Shown: piece after piece, positions 45,483 through 55,581 of the stretch
Layout of the letters: each line of letters begins with the position of its first letter
Position numbering within the stretch: position 1 is the stretch's first letter
Assembly: GCA_036518615.1 (NCBI GenBank)
Contig: DATDMU010000186.1
Coordinates: forward strand, 1-63,267
Origin: Myxococcales bacterium
GTDB lineage: Bacteria; Myxococcota; Myxococcia; Myxococcales; 40CM-4-68-19
Direction of reading: 5' to 3'
Length of the DNA stretch: 63,267 nucleotides
Made by a program: the position numbers and the translations under genes
Notes under the pieces: generated by a model
Databases searched by the model: none
What the model was told of the DNA's origin: nothing
The model's input: the letters and a program-made list of their open reading frames with translations, nothing else

Positions 45483-47774
45483 ATGAGCCGACGGGGAGTC
45501 GCCCTCCCCGTCGCCCTCGCGCTGTCGCTGCCGTTCGCCTCGGCGCGCGCCGGCGCGGCGGAGGATTCTCGCGACGAGGACTGCGCCCGCTGCCACGCGC
45601 AGCTCGCGGAGAAGTACGCGTCGCGGCGCTACGTCCATGCCGCGCTGAGGCAGCGCCGGTGCGACGACTGCCACCTTCCGCACGGCCCACAGCCGCGGCT
45701 GGTCCTCAAGGGCGACGGCGTCTGCATCGGTTGTCACGCCGCCCGCGATCTCGGCAGCAACCTGCGCTGGGTCCATGCGCCGGTGCGGAAGGGCTCCTGC
45801 ACGAGCTGCCACGATCCGCATGGCTCGGACGTGCCGCACATGCTGAAGGCGGAGGGCAGCGCAGGATGTTTCTCCTGCCACGATCGCGCGCCATTTCAGC
45901 GCAGCACCGTCCACCCCGTGCTCGCGCGCGAAGGGTGTGGAGCGTGCCACGCGCCGCACGGCTCGCAGGTCAGGGGACTGCTCTCCGCGTCCGAGGGGAC
46001 ACTCTGTCGCACTTGCCACCCCGGCGATGCCCGGTTCGCCGCGGCCCACGGCGGCCGCACCGTCGAGACCTGTGGAACCTGCCACGATCCGCATTCGTCC
46101 GATCGGCCCAGGCTCCTCGAGCGATCGCTGCATGCGCCCGTCGCACAGGGGAACTGCAGCGCCTGCCACGCGCCGCCGACCTCGGCGAATCCGCTCGCAG
46201 TGGTCAGCGCCTGCGAGAGCTGTCACCAGGCGGCGTCGCTCTACGCGGGCGGCCCGGTCCGGCACGGGTCCGGCATTTCCCGGGAGTGCTCGACCTGCCA
46301 TGAACCGCACGCCTCGGAAAATCCCAAACTGACCAGGGCGCCCGGCGACGCGCTGTGCGTTCCCTGCCACCGCGCGCTCATCCGCAAGAAGGAGCACCCG
46401 CACTCTCCCATGCAGGCGGGCTGCGTGTCGTGTCATCCGCCCCACAGCGGGAAGAAGAAGCTGCTCTTCGTTTCCGTTCCCGTCCTCTGCCGATCCTGTC
46501 ACCCACGCGCGGCCGGTGGCGACGAGACGGCGCATCTTCCGTTTGCGGCGGGCGAATGCACCGCATGCCACGACGCGCATGGCTCGGATGCACCGGCAAT
46601 GATGAAGGCGCCCCTCGGCCGCGTCTGCTTCGGCTGCCACTCCGACGCCGAGGCGCGCTTCGCCACCAGATACACGCACGCGCCGGTCGCGGAGGGAAAC
46701 TGCGCGGCGTGCCACTCCGGACACGCGGGGACCTCGGCGAACCACCTCCGCGCGCCCGCCGCTGCGCTCTGCGACGGATGCCATGCCCGGCTGACCAGGG
46801 AGCCGGCCGCCACGACCCACGCGTCGTTCGACGCGCAGACCTGCCTCGGCTGCCACGACCCGCACGGATCGGACGTGGCGGGAATGCTGCGCGAGGAGTC
46901 CGCGCGGGGTGGCGCACCAGCGCCTGCGCCCGACCGGACCGGCCCGTGCGAGACTTGCCACGCCTCCGTCGCAGCGCGGAAGGTGAGCCATCGGCATCCC
47001 GCCATGCAGGGCGGATGCACCACCTGCCACGACGCACACACCGCGAGCGCGCGGCCACGAGTGCAGGAGCGGTGCGCGAAGTGCCACGAGCTGGACGAAG
47101 CGGACTTCGTGCGCAAGCACATGGGGTACCCGACTTCGAAGGCGCGCTGCACCGGCTGCCACGACCCGCACGGCTCCGACAGCCCGGGAATGCTCCGGGA
47201 CGAGGTGCACGCGCCGGTGGCCCGGAAGCAGTGCGACGCCTGCCACGAGGAGCCCGGCTCGCGGACGCCGCTCGGGTTGAAGCAGGAGGGACTTGCGCTC
47301 TGCGGCGCGTGCCACGCGAAGATGGTCTCGGCCGCGTTCGACAGGACTCGCCTCCACCAGCCGGTTGCCGAGGGAAGATGCCTCGACTGCCACACTCCGC
47401 ACGCCTCCCGGGAGCGCGGCCTCCTCAAGGCGGGGATGGCCGCCACCTGCGGCGCGTGTCACCAGGACACCATCGAGCGGTCCTCGCCGGCGAAGCATCC
47501 GCCCGCCGGCCGGTGCACGCAGTGCCACGAGCCGCACGCATCGGACTTCCCGCTCCTCTACGTGACCTCGACGGAGGAGGCGACGTGCCGCCGCTGCCAT
47601 TCGGGGCAAGGCCACCCGCACCAGCTCTCCGCGCGCCAGCATCCGCGCAATCCCAACGTGCCGATGGACTGCATGAGCTGTCACCGCGCGCACGGCACGC
47701 GCTACGAGCATTTCCTTCCCGTCGCGCGGAAGGATCAGCTCTGCGTGCGCTGCCACGTCTCGCGCGGGAAGTGA
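45483..47774 (+). CDS. Giant multiheme c-type cytochrome with 31 CXXCH motifs
   Basis: I counted 31 CXXCH motifs in the translation. Signal peptide MSRRGVALPVALALSLPFASARA from ATG 45483. The track ORF opens at TTG 45453, overlapping the oxidase stop. Confidence 0.9.
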   Translation: MSRRGVALPVALALSLPFASARAGAAEDSRDEDCARCHAQLAEKYASRRYVHAALRQRRCDDCHLPHGPQPRLVLKGDGVCIGCHAARDLGSNLRWVHAPVRKGSCTSCHDPHGSDVPHMLKAEGSAGCFSCHDRAPFQRSTVHPVLAREGCGACHAPHGSQVRGLLSASEGTLCRTCHPGDARFAAAHGGRTVETCGTCHDPHSSDRPRLLERSLHAPVAQGNCSACHAPPTSANPLAVVSACESCHQAASLYAGGPVRHGSGISRECSTCHEPHASENPKLTRAPGDALCVPCHRALIRKKEHPHSPMQAGCVSCHPPHSGKKKLLFVSVPVLCRSCHPRAAGGDETAHLPFAAGECTACHDAHGSDAPAMMKAPLGRVCFGCHSDAEARFATRYTHAPVAEGNCAACHSGHAGTSANHLRAPAAALCDGCHARLTREPAATTHASFDAQTCLGCHDPHGSDVAGMLREESARGGAPAPAPDRTGPCETCHASVAARKVSHRHPAMQGGCTTCHDAHTASARPRVQERCAKCHELDEADFVRKHMGYPTSKARCTGCHDPHGSDSPGMLRDEVHAPVARKQCDACHEEPGSRTPLGLKQEGLALCGACHAKMVSAAFDRTRLHQPVAEGRCLDCHTPHASRERGLLKAGMAATCGACHQDTIERSSPAKHPPAGRCTQCHEPHASDFPLLYVTSTEEATCRRCHSGQGHPHQLSARQHPRNPNVPMDCMSCHRAHGTRYEHFLPVARKDQLCVRCHVSRGK

Positions 47775-47778
47775 GGAC

Positions 47779-48672
47779 ATGCGGATCCGTCGCGCCGCCG
47801 CGCTTCTTGCCAGCCTCTGCGCCGTCGCCTGCGCGCACGGCGTGACCTACGCGCGCACGGCAGGGTTGAAGCACGAGCGATCGATCTACACCGACGAGCG
47901 GCGCGGCCGGCTGGAGGCGCCGGAAGGAGTGGCCTGCGCAGACGATGGAACGCTCATCGTCGCGGACAGCGGTCACGGGCGGCTCGTCAAGTACACGTGG
48001 CGGGACGGTGCGCTGGACGGCGGAGCGGAGATCAAGCTGCCGCAGCTTTCGTATCCGACGCGGATCCAGCTCGACGGGGCGGGCAACCTGTTCGTGCTCG
48101 ATCGCAAGCTGCGCCGCATCGGGCGCATCGACCGGGCGGGCCGTTTTGCGGGCTACCTCGACGCGGGGGGCGAGCCTCCGGCTGCGCCGATCGCCTTCAA
48201 GGCGGGCGGCGCCCGCGTCTACCTGCTCGACGCGCCCGGGCGCCGGCTCCTCGTCGTCGAACCCTCCGGCCACGTCGCCCGCGCAGTCGGATTACCGGAC
48301 TCCGGCTCCTTCACCGACCTCGCGCTCGGCACAGCCGGCAGCGTCTACGCCATCGATGCGACGACTTCGACGGTGTGGGCGCTGGACGCGGGCGGCAGCG
48401 CATTCCGCCGCCTGACGCCGAGCCTCGAGGCGCAGATGCGCTTTCCCACCGACATGGCGAGCGACGGCCGCGGCCATCTCTTCGTCGTCGATCACGGCGG
48501 CGGCGCGATCGCGGTCCTCGGCGAGGACGGCAGCTTCCAGGGCCGCGCACTCAGTCCGGGCCACGCCGACGGCCTCCTCTCCTACCCCGCCCAGGTCTGC
48601 GTCACCGGAGGCTTCCTCTTCGTCGCCGACCGCGGCAACAGCAGGGTGCAGGTGTTCGAGATCATGAGGTGA
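47779..48672 (+). CDS. NHL-repeat beta-propeller lipoprotein
   Basis: Starts 5 nt after the cytochrome stop. Signal/lipobox MRIRRAAALLASLCAVAC. Blades LIVADSGHGRL, LFVLDRKLRRI, VYLLDAPGRRL, VYAIDATTSTV, LFVVDHGGGAI, LFVADRGNSRV. Confidence 0.8.
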   Translation: MRIRRAAALLASLCAVACAHGVTYARTAGLKHERSIYTDERRGRLEAPEGVACADDGTLIVADSGHGRLVKYTWRDGALDGGAEIKLPQLSYPTRIQLDGAGNLFVLDRKLRRIGRIDRAGRFAGYLDAGGEPPAAPIAFKAGGARVYLLDAPGRRLLVVEPSGHVARAVGLPDSGSFTDLALGTAGSVYAIDATTSTVWALDAGGSAFRRLTPSLEAQMRFPTDMASDGRGHLFVVDHGGGAIAVLGEDGSFQGRALSPGHADGLLSYPAQVCVTGGFLFVADRGNSRVQVFEIMR

Positions 48673-48699
48673 CGAGGAGTCTGCGGGTGGAGCGCTCGA

Positions 48700-49851
48700 C
48701 TACTTGCCCGGGTCCTTCACCTCCGGGAACTTGTCGAACTCGACGTTCCAGAGCTTGCCGTCCACCTTTTCCACCTTGCGGACGTAGATGGTCTGCACGA
48801 TGTCCCGCGTCTCCGCATCGATGCGGATGGGCCCGCGCGGGCTCTGGCGCGTCCATCCCTTGAGCGCCGCCATCGCCTTCTCGCCGTCGATTGCCCCGCC
48901 CGCGGCCTTGCGCACGATCTCGTCGATGGCGGCCATGCCGTCGTAGCCCGCCACCGCCATGAAGTTGGGCCGCTTCTCTCCCGCGACCCTGGCGTACGCC
49001 GTCAGGAAGGCCTTGTTCTCCGGCGAATCGTGCGCCGCCGAATAGTGGAAGCTGGTGATCACTCCCAGCGTGGGGTCGCCCATCGCTTCCAGCACGCCGT
49101 CGTCGGTGAGGTCGCCGGTGGAGATGACCTTGATGCCGGCGCGCGCCAGCCCGCGCTCGCTGAAGCCCTTCATGAAAGCGATGCCCGGCTCGCCCGCGGG
49201 CAGGAAGACGAACACCGCCTCCGGCTGCGCGTCCTTGATGCGCTGCACGAAGGGCGCGAAGTCCGGGTTGCTCAGCGGCACCCGCGCCGAGTCCACGATG
49301 GTCCCGCCGAGCCCGGTGAACACCTTCTTGAACGTCCCTTCCGCGTCGAGCCCGGGCGCATAGTCGGCTACCAGCGTATAGACCTTCCGGATGCCGTTCT
49401 TGAACGCCCATTGCGCCATCGGCGCGGAGAGCTGGGCGATGGTCATCGAGACCCGCACCACGTACGGCGATTTGGTGGTGATGACCGAGGCGGCGGCGTT
49501 CATCACGATCATCGGCTTCTTCGCCTGCGTGGCGACGGCGGTGGCGGCCAGCGCGTTGGGGGTGAGCCCGAAGCCTGCGAGGAAGTCGGCGTGGTCGCGG
49601 GTGATCAACTCGGCGGCGAGGCGCTTGGCGACGTCCGGGGCGGGGCCGGTGGTGTCGCGCTCGAGGATCTCCACCTTGCGGCCGGCCACCTCGCCGCCGT
49701 GGCTCTGCAGCCAGGCCTTCATGCCGTTCTCGATCTGCGCGCCGTATTCGGCGAAGGGGCCGGAGAACTCGGCGATGAGGCCGATCTTCACCGGCGGCGG
49801 CGCGGCGTTCGCGGCAGAGGCCAGCAAGAGGCAGGCGACGGCGAGCTTCAT
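48700..49851 (-). CDS. Branched-chain amino acid-type ABC substrate-binding protein (LivK/LivJ family)
   Basis: Signal peptide MKLAVACLLLASAANA. VKIGLIAEFSGPFAEYGAQIENGMK and type I PBP layout. Confidence 0.88.
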   Translation of the reverse strand: MKLAVACLLLASAANAAPPPVKIGLIAEFSGPFAEYGAQIENGMKAWLQSHGGEVAGRKVEILERDTTGPAPDVAKRLAAELITRDHADFLAGFGLTPNALAATAVATQAKKPMIVMNAAASVITTKSPYVVRVSMTIAQLSAPMAQWAFKNGIRKVYTLVADYAPGLDAEGTFKKVFTGLGGTIVDSARVPLSNPDFAPFVQRIKDAQPEAVFVFLPAGEPGIAFMKGFSERGLARAGIKVISTGDLTDDGVLEAMGDPTLGVITSFHYSAAHDSPENKAFLTAYARVAGEKRPNFMAVAGYDGMAAIDEIVRKAAGGAIDGEKAMAALKGWTRQSPRGPIRIDAETRDIVQTIYVRKVEKVDGKLWNVEFDKFPEVKDPGK

Positions 49852-49911
49852 GGTTCCTCCTTGTCGACGGCCGCACCGTCGTCCGCGGCGAGAAACGAGT
49901 CAAGCCGCGCC

Positions 49912-52401
<2,490 letters not shown>

Positions 52402-52405
<4 letters not shown>

Positions 52406-53265
52406 GCGCGCCGTCCGTAGAGGCCTTTGGGAAAGAGCAGGAGCAGCACCACCATGAGCGCGTAGATGATGAACGCGCCGGCATCGGGCACGTAGTACTT
52501 GCCGGCGATGTCGAAGACGCCGAGGAGGAGCGCCGCCGCCGCAGTGCCCCTGGCGCTGCCCGGCCCGCCCACGGTGACGGCGAGCAGGAAGTAGATCAGG
52601 TACTTGAGCGCGAAGGTGGGGTCGAGGCCGAGCAGGTCGATGGCCAGCGCTCCACCGAGGCCCGCGAGGCCCGTGCCGAGCGCGAAGGTGACGCTGAAGA
52701 CGCGCCCCACGTCGATGCCCAGCCCCTCGGCGGCCGCGCGGTTGTCCACGGCGGCGCGCACCTGCGCGCCGAAGCGCGTGCGCACGACCAGGCTCTCGAG
52801 CAGCGCGGTGATCACCACCACCAGCAGGATGAGGAAGAGCTGGTAGCGGCCCAGGTCGACTCCCAGGATGCGCATGCGGCCCACCAGCAGGTCCGGCCGC
52901 GGCACCCCCTGCTGGCCGGGGCCGAAGAGCCAGGTCGCCGTCGCCACCGCCATGAAGGTGATGCCGATGGAGAAGAGCACCTGGTCGAGTTGCGGCGCGC
53001 GGTAGAGCCGGCGGAAGAGCGCGCGCTCCAGCACCGCGCCGGCGACGGCCGCGGCGAGGAATGCTGCCGGCAGCGCCAGCAGGAAAGGGACGCCGCGCCG
53101 CTGCAGCGCCAGGCAGGTGTACGCCCCGAGCATGGCGAACGCGCCGTGCGCGAGGTTGACGAAGTTCATCAACCCCAGCGTCACCGAGAGCCCGTTGCTG
53201 ATGAGAAAGAGCAGGCTCCCATAGGCGAGCCCGTCGAAGAGGACGCCGACGAAGTTCCGGAGCAT
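52402..53265 (-). CDS. livH: Branched-chain amino acid-type ABC permease (LivH-like)
   Basis: MLRNFVGVLFDGLAYGSLLFLISNGLSVTLGLMNFVNLAHGAFAMLGAY. Confidence 0.9.
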
Positions 53266-53319
53266 GCGCTACACGCCGGGTGAAGCGCTCTGCGATGCCG
53301 CCGCCGATCGCATATGGAC

Positions 53320-54291
53320 CTACGGACCTGTCGTCGCGCCGAGCACCTGGATCTGCGCTGGAAGACGTTCCCGGAGAGGCCACCCCACGAAGAGGCGATC
53401 CAGCTCGCTCGACCAGAGACCCGTGCGCGCGCCGGCGCGAGTCTGAATCCGCCCGAGGCGCGCGTATCGCGCCGCAGGGCTCGCGTCGAAGACGTCCACG
53501 TACCCCTCGCCTCCGATGACGTACACCCGATCTCGCGCAGCGTCGTAGAAGAGGTCGTCGCTGTCACCGGCGCAGCGACGGGCGGCGACCTGATCCATCG
53601 ACCCGGTATCGAAGACGAGGAGCCGCGCCGGATGGCGCACGGCGACGAACAGCCGATGATTTCTCTCGTCGAGGTCCATCGGGTAGTTGTCGGCCAGGTT
53701 CCCGAGCGAGACGCGCTTGACGATCGAGCGCTGCTTGCGGTCGATCACCAGGATCTCGCGCGTCGGCGGCATGTTGACGAAGATGCGAGGCCCGCCCTGC
53801 TCCAGGCGAAACGACTCCGGGTGCCCCGGGAGCGGGATCTCCCCGAGGAGCTTCATGCTCGCGGGATCGATCATCCCGAGCGCCCCTTCCCCGTGACCGA
53901 CGTAGAGCACACCCGCCGCCGCATCGAATCTGAGGTTGTCGGCGTCGGGCAGGTTGGAGAGCGTGGCCAGCGGCCGATACTCTTTGTCGTCGAACGCCGT
54001 CACCGTTCCGCCCGCGCGCGTGGCGACGACGATGCGGTGGACCGAGGGCAGGTACGCGACGCCCTGCGGCTCGTTCAAGTCGGGGATGCTGGCGACGCGC
54101 TTGCCGGCGGCGAGGTCGACGACCTCGAGCGTGTGGTTGCCGAGAGCGGAGACGAAGAGCCGCTTTCCGGCCGCGTCCACCGCGAAATGATCGATGCGGC
54201 GCCGCACGCCGGGCAGCGCGATCGCTTGCACCTCCTTCAGCATCGGCGACGCCGCCAGGGCCAGCCCCAGTGCGACTCCCGGGATGAGCAT
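53320..54291 (-). CDS. YVTN/YncE-like beta-propeller protein, secreted
   Basis: ATG 54291 with GGGGAG upstream. Signal peptide MLIPGVALGLALAASP. Repeats RLFVSALGNHTLEVVDL, RIVVATRAGGTVTAFD, VLYVGHGEGALGMID, RIFVNMPPTREILVID, RLFVAVRHPARLLVFD, RVYVIGGEGYVDVFD. Confidence 0.75.
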   Translation of the reverse strand: MLIPGVALGLALAASPMLKEVQAIALPGVRRRIDHFAVDAAGKRLFVSALGNHTLEVVDLAAGKRVASIPDLNEPQGVAYLPSVHRIVVATRAGGTVTAFDDKEYRPLATLSNLPDADNLRFDAAAGVLYVGHGEGALGMIDPASMKLLGEIPLPGHPESFRLEQGGPRIFVNMPPTREILVIDRKQRSIVKRVSLGNLADNYPMDLDERNHRLFVAVRHPARLLVFDTGSMDQVAARRCAGDSDDLFYDAARDRVYVIGGEGYVDVFDASPAARYARLGRIQTRAGARTGLWSSELDRLFVGWPLRERLPAQIQVLGATTGP

Positions 54292-54356
54292 CCCGCTCCC
54301 CTTACGTCTCGCCGCCTTCTCTTGCAAGCGGAGCCGCGTGGCGCTTTAAGCAGGAG

Positions 54357-55334
54357 GTGTTCCACTTCGCGCTCGCGCTGCTCGCCGCGGGATCGCTCGG
54401 GCTCGACCCTGTCGCGGACGTGCCGCTGCCCGGCGGCGCGTCGCGTTTCGATTATCAGGCCGTCGATCCGGTCAATCGCCGCCTGTACATCGCGCACCTC
54501 GGCGACAGCTCGCTGGTCGTCTTCGATCTCGACGCCCAGCGCGTCGCGCAGGAGATCCCGGGCCTTCCCGGCGTGCACGGCGTCGCCGCCGCACCGGAAC
54601 TGCACCTCGTCTTCGCGACGGCGACGGGCGAGAAGACCCTCGCCTTCATCGACGACAGGACCTGGAAGGTGCGGTCGCGCGTGCACGCGGGCGAGTACCC
54701 GAACGGGCTCGCCTTCGATCCCGGCTCGGAAAGGGTCTTCGTCTCGAACAACCGCGGCACGGGAGTGGCCGTCGTCGACGTGAAGACCGCACGTCCCCTG
54801 CCGGGAATCGACGTCGGCGGCGGCGCGGGCAACACGCAGCACGACGCCGGCTCCGGTCGCGTGCTGGCGGCCGTCCACGGAAAGCCGTACCTCGCCGAGA
54901 TCGATCCCGGCGCCTCGCGGGTCGCGGGGCGCATCGCCTTGCGCGGCGTCAGCGGATGTCACGGGCTCCTGGTCGCCTCCGGCTTGCGCCTGGCGTTCGC
55001 CGCCTGCCATGGAAAGAGCGCGCTTCTGGTGGTGGTCGACCTGCGCGAGCGCCGGCAATCGATCGCCTTGCCGCTGCCGGCAGGGATCGACGTGCTCGCC
55101 TTCGATCCGGGCCTGGGAAGACTCTACGCAGCCTCCGAGACCGGCACCGCCGTCGTTTTCGCCGTCGCCGCCGATGGCCACTTGACCGAGCTCGGACGCG
55201 GGTTCGTCGGTCCCAACGCGCATTCGGTCGCCGTCGACCCGAGGACCCATCGCGTGTATTTCCCGATCGCGAACTCCGGCGGGCGGCCCGTGTTGCGGAT
55301 CATGCAGCCCCGCGTCGTTCCACCGAGACGCTGA
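54357..55334 (+). CDS. YVTN/YncE-like beta-propeller protein (paralog-like, divergent orientation)
   Basis: Repeats RLYIAHLGDSSLVVFDL, LVFATATGEKTLAFID, RVFVSNNRGTGVAVVDV, RLYAASETGTAVVFAV, RVYFPIANSGG. The GTG 54357 start overlaps an AGGAGG, so the exact start is uncertain. Confidence 0.7.
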   Translation: MFHFALALLAAGSLGLDPVADVPLPGGASRFDYQAVDPVNRRLYIAHLGDSSLVVFDLDAQRVAQEIPGLPGVHGVAAAPELHLVFATATGEKTLAFIDDRTWKVRSRVHAGEYPNGLAFDPGSERVFVSNNRGTGVAVVDVKTARPLPGIDVGGGAGNTQHDAGSGRVLAAVHGKPYLAEIDPGASRVAGRIALRGVSGCHGLLVASGLRLAFAACHGKSALLVVVDLRERRQSIALPLPAGIDVLAFDPGLGRLYAASETGTAVVFAVAADGHLTELGRGFVGPNAHSVAVDPRTHRVYFPIANSGGRPVLRIMQPRVVPPRR

Positions 55335-55581
55335 TCGCGGACCGCGCGTGGCGATCCGCAGAGCGGCGGAACGCGGGGCGCGACTCTTGCGGGCCGCGCG
55401 GCGGATGCCTGCAATTCTTGCGAAGAGCAGACCCTGCACGGAGGGCGAGCCACGTCGATGCGCCCGCGCTCCGGGAAGCGCGGGCGCGCCGTCGAGTGCG
55501 GACACGTGGCGCAACCCTCGACAGGACCACCGCGCGCCAGAGGGCGCAGCGGCTGGCACGGCTCATGCCACTGCCAGAGAC

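Noticed and set aside
45318-47845. 820-aa minus-strand ORF and several 275-496-aa plus-strand ORFs over the multiheme cytochrome
   Set aside because: Only frame 45453..47774 contains the 31 CXXCH motifs and a signal peptide. The others are Arg/Pro/Ala-rich shadows.
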